64,000 bases of DNA, taken from NCBI GenBank assembly GCA_010015585.1, contig ML975149.1, one strand, 5' to 3'. The position numbers were made by a program, and so were the translations under genes. Under the pieces are notes generated by a model. The model was not told the DNA's origin. It saw only the letters and a program-made list of their open reading frames with translations, and ran no database searches. The stretch comes from Eremomyces bilateralis CBS 781.70 (lineage: Eukaryota). Positions 25,401 to 40,035 of the stretch are shown piece by piece (the first letter of the stretch is position 1; the number at the start of each line of letters is the position of its first letter).

Positions 25401-28400
25401 TGGCGGAGGTTGGCGAGATAGTTGGATATCATCATTTCCGTCGTTACAGTATCGGCACTAAACCAGACCATACCGCAGCGACTGACGGTAGCCAATGTCG
25501 CGTACTTGAGAGTCTCGACTTCGAACATAATCCGGACATTGGGAGGAAGGCTCAAACGCTCCCCATTGGGTAGAGTGAGGAGCTTGTTGTCGTCCAAGAC
25601 CGAATTCAAGTTCTCGACCCATTCAGGGTCAACATCTCCATCGAAAATGATCCAGTGTCTCCTGGTATCTTCGCCGCGAAGGTTATCGACAATCTTCCGC
25701 AGGATGCTCGTGAATAAACCGTCGGTCCATTCTCTCGTCGTGCTATCCAATGTGCCGTACAGCTCTTCTTTTGACATGACTTTCGGGTCAATGACATGGG
25801 ACACTCCTTCGACGCCTTCGACTTTCTGAAGCGCTTGTAATAACACGCTCCACGCGCTGGATTTTCCTGACCCAGATGCACCGACCATCATCACACCGTG
25901 ATGCAACCCCTGAATCTGGAAGAGCTGAAGGGTTTTTGCCAGCCAGTCATCATTGACAACGAGTCTCCTCTCTGCAGCAACTTCTTTGATGGCCTCCTTG
26001 AGGTCATTCAAAGGTGCAGGGACATACTCAACGCCTGGGAATGAGTCATGCTCAATTTTATGCATTTCAATCACATCTTGCCCAATTAGCTTTGGTCCCA
26101 TGGTTTCCCGGAGGCTTTGCACGATGATCTGGGGTTCCACAACGTCTTCTTTTAGACTCTCGCTATCCTGAGAAGCCAGTCTTGCTCGCTTCAAGCCACC
26201 AGAGCTGACCAGCACACTCTTTAACGCACGCAGGCCGAAGTCGTAATGTGCCTGCTTCGATAACCGCCGAGCGCATAGATCGAAGAACGGAACCGTTTGT
26301 CGGGAGAGTTCTTTGGCACAGGAGAAACCTTGCGAGTAAAGCATGACCTCCGCAATGAGCTCCTTGTCCGGCTTCGACATGGCGACACTCCGGAAAAGCT
26401 TCTTCAGGTTATCCGGAAGGTTGGATCGGCCGGCATACCCTGGATTCATGGTGATGAAGATTCCCGTGTTCGGCTCCACGCGAAGATTCCGTCCAATGAG
26501 GTCGATCTGATGTTTGGGGTCCTGTTGTCCCTTTCGGAGACCCAGCTGGATGTTTTGGATTTGCTGAGACACAGCCGACAGGATCCGCTCTTCGAGACGG
26601 TTAAATTCGTCGAAGCAACCCCATGCCCCGACTTGACAGATACCGAGGAAGATGCGTCCCATTGCTTGGAAATCGAACGTGTCGTCACAACAGAACACGA
26701 GCGTAAAGCGTCCCAGTTGAAGCCCGAGTGCCTTGACGGACTCAGTCTTACCAGTTCCTGCGGGTCCGTACGGCGAACCTCCGAGACGTTGGGATAGAGC
26801 CTGTGTGAGAGTCATGAAGCATCGGTCCGTAAGTGGAGTGCGAACGAGACGATCAGCAACGCCGAGATATTCGTACCCGTACACGAGGCTGGCATTGGTC
26901 ATGTCGACGTTCAGTCGCTTCAAAAGCTCCTGATCTGGCTTGTACGCATACCGCATCTGGGCTAACCAAAGGTAATGTGATGGCGAGTCTGCATGCACTT
27001 TCTGCAGATTCTCCGTCACATCGCGCTGGTGCACGAACTCCGTGATCAAATGCTCGTACTTCTTTCTCTGCAACGCATCGAGGTCGGTGAGTACGCCGCC
27101 AGCGAGAATGCGAAGCAGCGCAAGTTGTTGTGAGTGAAGCGCGGACAGTCCCTCGCCGCCGCTACGTAAGCACGCTTCCACAGAGTTGGTCCAGCAGACC
27201 TGCGACCCAAGAACGACGATTTGGGCGGGGAACGTCGAAACGTATTCATCGAATGAAGCTGCATCGATCGTCGGCGCAGCGAGGATTTCTGTAAACTGAG
27301 CTACGGCGTCTGCAAGGAGCTCTGCGAGAGTCGTCTTCATGCTAAGTTCCAGAGCGGCGAGCCACTCGTTAACTTTAGGGATCTTAACAAGGGAGACTTC
27401 ACGCCTGAGCATCACTTGCTCACCCTCTCGCGATGTCAACCCCAAGATTATGTTGTCGTCATTTGTGATGAGGCCTGCGATGCCGGCGAACATCTTTCGG
27501 AGATGCTTGGCGACACGTGTAGTGTTGTTACTGTTGCCGATAATCTCCAACAGATCCTCGTCCCCGACGAAGTAGAACCGAGGGAACGAGACGCGCTCGC
27601 GCTCGAGATACTCTCCAAGCGCTTTCTGGATCTTGCCGAGGAGCTGCGCTAACCGCTCAAGTTTCTCCTGGACTCCCGGGATGGTGAGCACTTCCAGAAC
27701 GAACGGCGAACGAACGACCTTCTTCATCAGGTCGAGGAACTCGGAGTTGATGTTCTGGAATCGGCCGGACTCCATCGGAAGCAGGTGCTTGATATCTGCG
27801 TTGCCGGTGAACACGCCTTCGAGATAAACCCATTGCCGCTGCACATCGATCCAAACATCGAAAAGCACATGGACCCGATTCAGCTTCTCTTCCCAGTTGC
27901 TTGCCTCTTCCTCGAACTCCTTATAGTACGGGGAATGACGCATCGCCTGCAACGAGTTGAGATTCTCGCTACACTTCGCGAAGAGGTCGTCCCATCCTCG
28001 GATGAGCCGGCATTTCGTCTGGTAAGGGATCAAGTCCAATGCGTAGGTTGACCACGTTTCGCGAACCTGTCGCACGAACTCTTCGAGAGCCATTTCGCCT
28101 TGCGCTTGCGCGATCACGTCCCGGATGATATTCTCGGACGGACCGAGCTGCAGGTCCCAGACGTCGCCTAGGGTCATACTCAGCTGGCTATACCGCTTGC
28201 TAGGCTTCAACATCTTGAAGATCTTGATCCAGTGTCGCTCTCGGACGGCTTCGGATCGCATGTCTTGAAGGAGAGGATTGACCTTGAGTAGTTGGCGCAA
28301 CACGTTCTGGACGTGCTCGAACGCCGCATATTGCCGCATGCGAGCCGGCATATCTTTCGTCATCTGGATGAGTTCTTCCAGGCCCTTTCGCAGACGCCGA

Positions 28401-31400
28401 GGTTGGATGGAAGTCCATAGCGTCTCTCGAAGGTCGTTCAATCGCGACCAGATCGTGCTCAGTGCGCTCCAAACGGATTTGAAGTCTTGAACCTCCTCAA
28501 GAAGGGCTATTAACACTGTCTCCGGAGAACCGGGAAGATCAAGTGCCTCCTTCGCCTTCGCCACCATCTCGGACTCATTTCGAAGCTTCAGAAGCCGTGA
28601 ATCGAACGACTGCAGTCGTGAGCTGGCTTCCTCCGGAGGGATTGTCCCTGACACCGGTTTCTCTTCCGCCCACTCCCGTGCAACATCCGCGATCTTCTGG
28701 CTCACAGCCCGATCTTCCGCCACGATCTTGGCTCGCAGTGCATCGGTCTGATCCTGGACGATCTTGGCCTTTCGCTCGAGGATGTCGTTGAGCGTCGCCC
28801 ACTCATTCTCGACCTGATCGACATGTAGCCATTCGGACGGGAACTGATAGCGCTGACGGGACAGCGTCGTTTGGCCGGACCGGAAGGTTTCGATTTCCGG
28901 AGCCCATGTCTTGACGCGTCGTTTGCACTGCTGGACCGTGGTGATGAAGCTGACGGCGTGGGCGGTTGACGAAGCTTCCAGGGAATGCGTCTCGAGGTCT
29001 TTTCGCGCCTTCTCGAGCTCGTTGAAAACGTCTGTCATACGGGCACCCAGTCGCGAGGCGAAGTTGATGAGGATCTCATGTTGCCATTGGTCGTACTTGG
29101 CATTCACCTTCACCTGGACCTGCTCGTAATCGACCGTTAAGAACCGGCCGAATCTCTTGCTATTGGCCGATGTATCGAAGGTCGATCGGCTCTTCCGGAG
29201 CTCTTGGAGAAGTTGCAGCCACCGTGCGAGGTCGTCGCCGAGATTGTCGTAAACGTGCTCCGACCGGAGATCCCACAAGCTTTGAAACTGTAGCCATTTG
29301 GCAACGTACTCGCTAGTTTCGGCGACGCGAGCTTCCACGCTGCTGTACACCGTGGTCAGGCTATTGGCGCATTTGCTCGTGAGCTCGGAGAAGGTTTCCT
29401 CCACGCTGGCGTCAGTACTAGTCTCAACTCGCAATTCATATCGGGTTGCTTTGATCTTCGGCAGCGCGCAGATGATGGATAGCCATTTATGCAGCTGCTC
29501 GAGCCAACTGGCCCTAGCGAATTCCAGCGGTGGGTCCAAGTATATCAATTGATTCTTCATGCAGACCTCTAGTAGAATCGCGTTCAACTGCGGCAGGTAC
29601 TTCGAGGGCTCTTTGTCTGGCTCGGCTTGCTTGAGGCGAGCCTTGGCCGCGTCGGACAATTCCTCAGAATCAAAGAGCTCAATCCATTCGGCGATGGCAT
29701 GGTCTAAACGCGCCCGCAGAATATCTGCGACGCGGTCATTCATCCCAGCAACCCAATGAGGGAGGTTGACATAGTTTTCGAGATTTAGTTGATCGACCGC
29801 GCCCTGGATGGTCCCAAGATGTCTTAGCAGGTCTTCGCTGGTGCAGTGGCAGGTCTCCAGGTCGCGCAGCGCAGCTTGGACGGTTGCGAATATTGACGCC
29901 AGGGTAGCGACCTTCGTTTGCAACAGCGATACTGCCGAGGCGAACTCGCGGATAAATTGGACGTGTTTGCTCTCGCCCCTCGAAACGGGTGCGGAGCCGT
30001 CTGCCGAAGGGCCGGCCGGGAACGGCTGGCGGAAGTGGATGTCGTAGGAATGGACAATTGATTCCCATCGCAGCGGAATTCCTTTGGCAATCAAGCTTTG
30101 AGCGTCGTTTTGATATCCGGAGAGGAGTAAGGAAACGTCGGTCATGCCGCTGATGACGCGGGATGTTTGCGAGTAGGTCCGAACCGATTCCATGAGAGAG
30201 ACTGCGAATGGGTATACGCGCTTTGCCTCCTTCGAGATGTTCGCAATGGCGTGAGGAACCTGATAGTTCAGCCAGAGTAAATTGCGGACCTCCTTGAACA
30301 GCGTGATGATCTGAGGATCGAAGTTTACCGCGATTTCGTAAAGGTTTCCAGACGCTCTTGTCTTGTTGATTGCGAATAGTCTTCCCGAGATTGTAAGATT
30401 CCGTCTTGCAACCTCATGAAGCCATGCGTCGAACACGGGTCTCGTGTCGAGCTTCTTTCGGAACATGTTGCTTTCGCTCTGCAACTTCTGCCCCTCTGCA
30501 TGGAGATCCCATTCTTTGCCAAGAATATCCTCGACGCGCTTCATGTACCCTTCCAACTGCCTCTCGATTTGCCGGGCCCAGATCACGGCGCCTGACACGG
30601 GGGGTAGGTCATGAAGCTGAGCCATCCCGTGGGCCTCGGAGTGGCCATACTGCTGCTTAAATCGTTCATGAAGCGCCGAGATGTCCGCTTTCACGTTGTC
30701 GATGAGCTGCGTTTGATATTCATGAATGGCGCTGCGAATTTTCGGTCGGACAAAGAGCGCATTGAACTTGGAGAAGACCCGAAACATTTCGTTCGCGTTC
30801 CGGGCAGTCGCAAGGCGATCCCGTAGTCGTGCGATGATGGAGTTCTCCACTCGTTGGGTCCGGTCATTGTAGGCAACTTCAGCGTGAGCCCACGTCTGCG
30901 TCCCCTCCATGGTAACATCGAGGACATCAATGTCTTTAACAGCAGCGTATGCTTGGGCAACCTCCTCGACAGCGTCAACATCGCCCATCTCCGCGACAAG
31001 AACAGCATGGGTGCCATTGATCGAATCGGACAGATCTTTGACGACACCAGAGCTCGCAGGACCAAGCACGTTGATGATGGTTCTCTGGAGCTGTTCGTGG
31101 TTGTGGCGGAATTGGCCGATATATTGGAGTCGCTCTTTCGTCTTCAGATGGTTTGCGTTGACCTTGACGGGGATGAAACCATCTTTTCGGCGTTTCAATG
31201 TCTCTCGAGCGACATTCGTGAATCCCCTCAGTTGGTCTTCCCAAGCAATCCAGATTCCGTTCGTGATTTCAATGACCTGCTGGAACTCGCGGTACTCCAG
31301 GTGCATAAGTCGCCGTCCATTGACCAGAGAATGGATCTTCGCGTCCAGGTCGCTAGAAATGGCCTCGACAAATGGAATCGCTCGTTTAATCGGATATGGT

Positions 31401-32676
31401 GACGCGCGGAGCTTCTTATTCAGGTGCGAGAATATGAGGATAATCGCCTCTTTCACCTTTGCCAGCGACTGGGAGGATAGCAGCTCTTCCAAGGGAAAAT
31501 CGCGCATAAGCAAGTTGTACTTCTGCACCATTTCCATCGTCTCTTTCAGTCCTGTGTCTGCGCTGAAGCTAACCGTAGCTTGGAATCGTTTGGCATGCCG
31601 CAAGACTTCCAGAGTCAACCGCACCCCATCGCTCCGCAATTGCTCTTCGATATTCTCCAGCGCCGACTCGAAGCTGATCCAAAAATTAATCTCTTGCGAG
31701 GCACTTCCTGTTGCTGGATCCCGTGTCGTCTTGGTGATAGTTTGAATGTTCCGGATCCAACCGTTCACCGTGGCTTGCAACTGGTTCAACAAATGGGCAT
31801 CGGTGAACAACTTCTGGGGAACCAAATCTATTTTAGGACGATCGTCTGAGCGTGTCTGGGCTGCATCCAGTCCCATCTGAATAAGCGGGTGCATCGGTAG
31901 CGATAAAGCCGGGATCTCAATGTTCTGCTGCAGATGTTGAAGGCTGAGTTCGAGCTCGGCCAGCTTCTTCTTCGCGCCAGGGATTCCGGTTCGAGAATCC
32001 GACTGGCCTTGAGATACCCATGGTCCTGATTCATCGAGTTGTCCCCGTTCGTATGCATCGAAGAATGGGCCGAGGGTGTGGTGAAGGAAGGAATGGAAGA
32101 CCTGAAATGGATTCGCTGCTGGGACGACCGAAGAAGACTGCGCTCCGGCCGCACTCAAGCCAGGGAGGTTTATCAGGCGAATCTGGTCGGCTATCGGGGC
32201 GCTGGGATCGAGCATTTCCGCTTGTTTGAGAAACGCGACGGACGTGACGCAAGTCGTGGTGGGCTTGAACTCCCCGGAGAGAACATATCGAAATCGGTCG
32301 CTGCTAAGTCCTGTATTGCTGTGATTAGTTACGCAGATAGAACCATGGTGAGATAAATCGCACCTTGCTCCCCATTCACAGCATCCGTATCATCTTCTAA
32401 ATATGCCTCTTTGAAGCAATATAGGGCAACAGCGCCCTCCTTGGAAAACCATGTACATTGCGAAAGGGTATTCTCAATTTGTGACGGGGTTAGGATGCTT
32501 CGATTCTGTTCCAAGTCCTCCTTCGTGGCGCCCAAAGTGACTTCCAGCACCCGAGTGATATGATCGAGGAGAATGTTCGGGTCGACAGCTGCGGGTGGTG
32601 AAGGGAGGCCGGGCGTGTCTGTTGGGGAGATGCCATTGGAGTTGACCCCTGGAATGACCGCCAGAGGGCCGTCCAT
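19477..32676 (-). CDS. DYN1: Cytoplasmic dynein heavy chain; exons 32676-32364, 32310-19991, 19935-19477
   Basis: More than 4300 aa with four P-loops ([32 protein letters not shown]), [38 protein letters not shown] and the stalk coiled coil. Both introns have canonical ends. Orthologue of nudA/ro-1. Confidence 0.99.
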
Positions 32677-33350
32677 CGTGATTTAGGATAACAGTCGTGT
32701 TTCGGAAGGCATCTGTTGGTTAGGAGCTTGGTAGAGTGGAGGAGAGGAGGAGGAGAGGAGTGATAGAAGAAAGGGCGGTATGACGAGGAGAAATCATTCA
32801 CGATGGTTGTAGGAATGGAGATTGTAAACGTTTCGATCCATCGGTTGCAGTGAGAGTTTACAGTGAGAGTTTACGGCAGCCAGTAAGCAAGTCGCGTGTC
32901 GCGTTCAAGGGTCGCACCTGCCATGCGGCTTGACTAAACGTGGCGTACCAAGAAATAAACGGCAAAAGATTACAGAGTCGATCCAATCATAGAGCTCCAA
33001 AATTACATCTTGAAGCTTAGACCATCGACCTGACCTCGTGATGGAATTGGTGCCTCAGGCTTTTATCCTCGACTCTTGCTTTGGCGCGATGCATACAATA
33101 TCACAGGCACCTCAAGAAGTCAAGATAAATAACAGTGTTGGTCTGAGGCAAAGTTCTCGCTAGTGGTGGAGTACCTGATACTCTATTGCATTGCCTCATG
33201 TTAGGCAAGCTTGGCTAATTAACAATCCGCTCTCCTCGCACAATCCAATTATCGATTTGTCGTCGTTGTCTGACAGCACAGGGCAGGCCAGGGCAGGCCA
33301 GCATTTCGTGAGACTGCATAGAATTTATCATATATATGTGTGTCAGTTGT

Positions 33351-34363
33351 CTATTTCTCTATCTCGCTATCATCAGCGATCGCGTCATCCAGATTCCCGC
33401 TCCCTTGATTATGATTGTGCTCCCTTCCCAACCGCTCCTCATCGTCGTCTACCAGCTCATACGCCGGTCGAAACTCGATCATCGACCGTCCGGACTCCGA
33501 TCGCGATTCGCGTCGTAGAGCCGGGTTTCGATGCGTGTCGGTGGTGCCTCCGAGAGACGTGTAGCCCTGGTCATACAACGGACAGTACGGGATATTCAAG
33601 TGTCGTATAAACTATCCCAGGTCAGTGTGCGGTGCGAGGGTCAGCGTCGGGTGGGAACGTACCGTCCAGATTTGAACATAGTGCCAATCAATCACTGGGT
33701 GAATCCGCATGAAGCTGGGCCATCCATGATCCGTCGGATCGAAGTGCGTCAAAAGTGCTCCGTGTGGATCGGTCCGTCGAGTGCCGACGAAGATGGCTCG
33801 GATGTTTGTGTGCTGGTCCAGGTACTCGGTAAAGGCCGCCTTCATCGGGGACGAATATCGCACCAGGGAAAGGTGATAGGTTTTACATGACGAGGCAACA
33901 AAGTCTTCAACCTCGCGGAAGGGGTCTGAGGACTGGATATATACGGTTTGGAGGAGAGTGGGGTTCGCGTCGTTGGGGGGTTGGAGAGTCGAGAGGGCCT
34001 GTCGGCGGTGGATAGCGCAGAGGTAGAGGATCAGGAGGACAAGGCAGTCTTTCCCGCCATTATAAGAAAGCGACAGCGCATTTAAACTAAAAGTACGATC
34101 AGCCACATCTTCAAACAAACAGGAGGACGGCAAGAGACACGATTTACATACCCATATCTGTCCAGAGCGCTGTCAATGACCCCCAATGCCACCTTCGTCT
34201 GTTCCTGTACCCTCTTCAATCTCTCCGATCCCGGCTTCTGTGCCAAGAACGCTGTTATTCGGGCATCGATCCGTTCGCAAAGCTCTGGCAGAGGGATATT
34301 GGACGGCTCATCGACCAATGGCGGGAAAGGGTAGGAGTCGGAGCGGTTTGTCGGAGCCTGCAT
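33351..34363 (-). CDS. FAD1: FAD synthetase (FMN adenylyltransferase, PAPS-reductase fold); exons 34363-34152, 34086-33663, 33611-33351
   Basis: LSYNGGKDCLVLL, FVGTRRTDPHG, PTDHGWPSFMRIHPVIDWHY, YCPLYDQGYTSLGG, RPAYELVDDDEERLGR. Confidence 0.93.
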
Positions 34364-35224
34364 CGCGGGACTCGACGTATGGAAATGGAAGGCTACCAGG
34401 AGCTCATGGTACCATGATCATATTACGCCAGGTGCGATGGGAACGATAGAGGGATCACCAGCAAAATTCCGTTACGGGATTGGATTGAATTGATGCTTTG
34501 TCGGGTTGTAAGGCCTGGATAATAATAGGTAATCCGGAATATTGCGCGAGTTGTCACCAAGTATCAGGCCTGTATCAGACCCGAACCCATCCCCCTCCAG
34601 TCATCGTCGGTGACGTGCGGCATCGGACAGCCGAAGCAATGCCCCCCGTTTCGGCGTTTCCCCGTTTCCCCCCACCAATTCGGCTTTCGTCCCAGCTGAC
34701 CATCCTCGTTTCATGTTGGCTCAAAACTGGGGATGAGGAATAGGTAATGTGAGAACAACAGGAAACATATTGTTGGGAATAATAACGGAAGCCAAGTCTT
34801 CTCGGGATTGCACTCTTATGACACAGTATGAGAGCATAAATAATAACCAAGGAATAGCAAGGCGACGTTCTTCTTTTCGGTTATTCTCATTGCATCACGC
34901 TTCAATCGTGCGAGAAGCCGAAAGTGCAGTGGAAACCTTCTGGAATCCCGAGATCCAGACCCTTACCCATCCGTAAGAATAATAACGAAATCTGAATAGC
35001 GTGGGAGCCGACGATGATGTGCTTTGCGCTTGGCCAATGAAAATCGACATGATCAAACAAAATTCCAAAATTCCATTGTCATTGATCAGCCACGCCGACA
35101 ATATAACCGTACGTGCTAGTCAATTTTCCATCGCAGATTTAGTTTCCTCATCAACTCTCTGAACCCGGAATTCGTGTTGCATGTCCGCGTCGCAATTCCG
35201 TTTTGCACAAGTCATTGGAGAACA

Positions 35225-38200
35225 ATGGCTTCCATCTCCTCTGCTGGAGAGGCTGGTATGTGGTTTGCGCCCCTCTATTGTTCTTCACAATGGCTCCCCC
35301 GCAATGCGAAGCCTTCGTAGACAGTAATTGTCGTGAGAAGAACCATCGCTAACAGATACAGTGTCGCGAGTCGCCTACTTATCCAGCGATGCAGTGGTGT
35401 CCGTTCAACCATCTCTAGCTCAGGATTCGGAATTCTCCTCGCATCTCCGAGAATACGCTACGAAACAGTTACTGAGCATTGTCTCACGAGACACGCCCGA
35501 GGCAAGTCCATTGATGATTGTTTTTGAAAGGATTTCTATATTGACGAATGACTCAGATCCTGTCGGTACGACATAATGCGGATCCTCTACTTTCCGTATT
35601 CGATCCAATTCGAAGCGGGAAGCTCGTCTCGGTGACCACCACGTCCTCGGTTCTCCTCCGTGCCATCCCCTACCTCTACAAACTCGCCCACTACCCGGTC
35701 GTCATCCACGTCTCGCTAGAGCCGGGCGAGTACCCCGACTACTCCTCCATCACGTCCATCCGTCAATGTGGATTCATCTTCCTTCAATCGGAGAGCCTCC
35801 AGGAAGTGCAGGATCTGGCCGTGTCGGCGCACGCTCTCGCGATCAAGTCCGGGAAAGGCGTCATCCACTTCTTCAATTCCAATGCCACTGACCAGGATAA
35901 TGAAATCAAAGACGAGACTCGTGAGCTCGTCAAGCGTGTTGTTGATGTCGATGGAGCTCGACTTTGGCAAGCGGCGAAATCCGATGACTGGGGAATCTAC
36001 GCCGACGAAGGAAGGCGAGCCACCACGACGGTTTTCGGCGAAGAGAAGCCCCTCATCACCGGCGTTCCTTCTCAACTGGATCCCGCTGTCTCAGAAAGAC
36101 TAAAGCAGGACAACGCAAGCGCAAGAGAATCGTCGGCGACCTCCTCATCAAATGCAGACAGCAGCGGTGACAGCGCGCCAATCTCTTCCGCAGCCACTTC
36201 AATCGAGCCAGCGTCCACCCGCCCGATCAATACCGATGATATCTCTAAGCACATCGGCCAAATATGGGACACGATCCACGATTTGACCGGGCGGACGTAC
36301 GAGCCCTTCTCATACTCGGGATCCAGCCGGGACCAGGCCGCTCTGTTTGTCTTCGGCGCAGATACGGCGCTTCTAGCCAAGGCTATCGATTCAGCGGGCT
36401 CGACCGATCAGTTCGCTAAGGTCGGCATTATCACCGCACGGTTATACCGGCCTTGGTTGACGCTCAGCCTGGCTGATTTACTTCCGAAATCGTTGAAGAA
36501 GATCGCCGTTCTGGAGCAGGTCCGACGGAAGACGACGAAGTGGGGTCCGTTGCTGCTTGATGTGCTCGCAACGATCAGGACTCCGGGCTCCGCGAACCCT
36601 AGCATTGTTGGCTATCAGCTTGGATATATCACCGAGGCCACCGCTCAGCAGGCTTTGAAAGGGATCTTCCAGAATCTCGCACTAGAGACTCCGATCCAAA
36701 ATCTTACCGTTGGCCAGCCAGATGGCCCAAACGAGGAGCAGCTAACAGGACAGCTCCAGCAACCTGAATTGGAGAACGCCTACTTCAAGATCTTGGACCA
36801 GCTGTTCCCCGAACGGCTCTATGTTGCCAACCGGTTGGGAAAATCGACTGCTGGTTTAGAACCAACCACGTCCAACAGCCCGGAGTTTGGTCTCGGTTCC
36901 TTGATCTCGCGACAGGAAGCAGAAGCACGCTTCGTCGAGAAAGTCAAGCAACTCGTCAAGAACGCAAATCCCTTTATCACCTCGGCCCCCCAAGATTGGC
37001 TCTCAAAATGGCTCTTGGCTCGCCAGGAGCCTAAGAAGCTGCCTGCCGTCGCACAAGATACCCTCTCGCGCCTCAATGTCGACGGGTCTACCGCTGCCTC
37101 TGATCTTCTTTCACAAAAGTCTTTCTTCCTCAATGAAAGCCGCTGGCTGATCGGTTCGGATGCTTGGGCTTACGACCTTGCCAATAGTGGCGTGCATCAC
37201 GTCCTCGCCTCCGGACTCAACATTAACATGTTGATCATTGACTCCACGCCCTACTCAGAGAAGGCTGCCGCCGATGCATCCCGAAGGAAGAAAGACATCG
37301 GCCTCTATGCGATGAACTTTGGGAATGCATATGTTGCGTCCGTCGCCGTTTACGGAAGCTATACTCAAGTCCTCAGCGCCATGTTGGAGGCCGACTCGTT
37401 CGATGGGCCGAGTATTGTGATGGCGTACTTGCCGTACTTCAGCGAAACCGAGAGCCCCTTGACCGTCATGCAGGAAACCAAGAAAGCGATCGACATCGGC
37501 TACTGGCCGTTGTATCGCTGGAACCCCAAGGCGGAAGAGAACAGCGAGCCTAACTTCCATTTGGATAGCGAACGGGTCAAGCAGGAATTGAAGGAGTTCT
37601 TGCGCCGAGATCAGCATATGAGCCAGGTCATGCGCAAGCACCCGGAATTCGCACCGGCCCTAAACAAGGATTATGGAAAGGAAGTGAGGGCGCTGCAGAA
37701 GCGGAAGGCGAAGGATGCATATGCTCAGCTGCTGGAGGGACTCGCCGGAGCTCCGATGACCGTGCTGTTCGCCAGTGATAACGGGAATGCCGAGAACTTG
37801 GCCAAGCGGCTCGCGAACCGAGGCAAGGCTCGCGGCTTGAAGACGATCGCCATGGCCATGGACGATTACCCCATTGAGGATATCTCGACTGAAGAAAACA
37901 TTGTCTTGGTCACCAGCACTGCCGGACAGGGAGAGTTCCCGCAGAATGGACGGTCGTTCTGGGAAGCGGTCAAGAACTCCACCGATATCGACCTTGTCAA
38001 TGTCCACTTTGCCGTCTTCAGCTTGGGAGACTCGCATTACTGGCCCCGAAAGCAAGATAAGATCTACTACAACAAGCCGGGTAAAGACCTTCACACGCGT
38101 TTTCTCGCTCTGGGTGGCCAGCCTTTGGTCGACTGCGGTCTTGGAGACGATCAAGACCCTGATGCCTACCAAACCGGCTATCAAGAGTGGGAGCCCCAGC

Positions 38201-40035
38201 TATGGCAAGCATTAGGAGTTTCGAACGTCGAGGGGCTGCCGGAGGAGCCTCCGCCAATCACCAATGAAGACATCAAGATTGCAAGCAATTTCTTGCGCGG
38301 CACAATCGTGGAAGGGCTGAACGATCCGACCACTGGAGCGATCAGTGCCTCCGATTCTCAGCTCACAAAATTCCACGGCACCTACATGCAGGATGACCGA
38401 GATCTGCGAGACGAGAGGAAAGCTCAGGGTCTTGAGCCCGCATATTCCTTCATGATCCGATGCAGACTACCGGGTGGTGTCGCTACTCCCGACCAGTGGA
38501 TCAAAATGGATGATATCGCGACGACGCTCGGTAACGAGACGATGAAGTTGACCACGCGACAAACCTTCCAATTCCACGGAGTGGTGAAGGGCAAGCTCAA
38601 GCCGGCCATGCAAGCGATCAACCGAGCACTCATGACGACCATTGCGGCCTGCGGTGACGTGAACAGGAACGTCATGTGCAGCGTCATTCCTGATCAATCC
38701 GCATTCCATGCGGAAGTGCACGCAGTGTCGAAGCGTGTCAGCGATCACCTGCTACCGAATACGACTGCGTACCATGAAATCTGGCTGAAGGATGAAGACG
38801 ACAAGAAGACGCTAGTTGCCGGAGACGCGGTCGTGGACAACGAGCCGCTATATGGGCCCACCTACCTTCCTCGAAAGTTCAAGATCACTATTGCTGTGCC
38901 ACCCCACAACGATACCGACGTGTATGCCCACGACATCGGCCTGATCGCCATCAAAGGCAAAGACGGCAGCCTGGAAGGGTTCAACGTCACTGCTGGAGGA
39001 GGAATGGGCGCGACGCATAACAACAAGAAAACGTATCCGCAAATCGGCCGCATGATGGGCTACGTCGCGAAAAAAGACACCCACATAGCCTGCGAGAAGA
39101 TCATGCTCGTGCAGCGCGACCACGGCGATCGCAAGAACCGCAAGCACGCCCGTCTGAAGTACACCATCGATGACCTGGGCGTCGACGTCTTCCGGTCCAA
39201 GGTTGAGGAGATCTGGGGCAAGGCGTTTGAACCCGAGCGATCATTCAAGTTCGAGAGCAACATCGACACGTTCGGCTGGCAAAAGGACGAGAACGGCCTC
39301 AACCATTTCATGCTCTTCATCGAGAACGGCCGCATCGAAGACACGCCCGAGTTCCCGATGAAGACCGGGCTGCGCGAGGTCGCGAAGGTGCATAAGGGCG
39401 AGTTCCGCCTCTCTCCCAACCAGCATCTCGTCCTGTCGAAGGTCGCAGACGAAGACGTCCCGGTGATGAAGGAGCTGCTGAAGAAATATAAGCTGGACAA
39501 CACCGATTTTAGCGCCCTACGACTGAGCAGCTCGGCATGCGTTGCCTTCCCCACTTGCGGTCTTGCGATGGCGGAATCGGAGCGGTACCTCCCGGAGCTG
39601 ATTACCAAGCTCGAGTCGACGATCGAGGAGGCGGGTCTCCGCCAAGATAGCATCGTCATGCGCATGACAGGTTGTCCCAACGGCTGCGCACGACCATGGC
39701 TCGCGGAGGTGGCGTTTGTGGGCAAGGCGTTCGGGGCGTACAACATGTACCTGGGCGGCGGGTACCATGGACAGCGGCTCAACAAGCTGTACCGCAGCAG
39801 CATCAAGGAGGACGAAATCCTGGAGATCCTGAGGCCGATGATGAAGCAGTACGCGAAGGAGCGGGAGGAGGGGGAGCGGTTTGGCGACTGGTGCGTCCGG
39901 GCCGGGTATATTAAGGCAACGAGAGAAGGGAGGGATTTCCATGAAGATGTAAGTGCTTCAATCTACTCACGATGATGGGATGCAGTGCTAACGATATTAC
40001 AGACGGCTGAAGTGGAAGAAGACGACGAGGAATGA
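35225..40035 (+). CDS. MET5: Sulfite reductase (NADPH) beta/hemoprotein subunit; exons 35225-35255, 35362-35501, 35557-39948, 40003-40035
   Basis: PFOR-like N-terminal domains, flavodoxin domain (SDNGNAE, TSTAGQGEFP), KFHGTYMQDDRD, siroheme/[4Fe-4S] cysteines CVAFPTC and TGCPNGCARP. Confidence 0.96.

Noticed and set aside
19910..32215. Many antisense/overlapping ORFs on dynein, UBA1, MET5, MCM6, EFE (e.g. 3714-4667, 11212-12339, 30909-31745)
   Set aside because: Shadow ORFs expected from GC-rich third-codon bias; no recognisable domains
33351..34363. PAPS reductase (MET16) forming a sulfate-assimilation cluster with MET5
   Set aside because: SYNGGKDC, RRTDP and ERLGR are FAD-synthetase motifs, and the C-terminal ECGLH of PAPS reductase is absent
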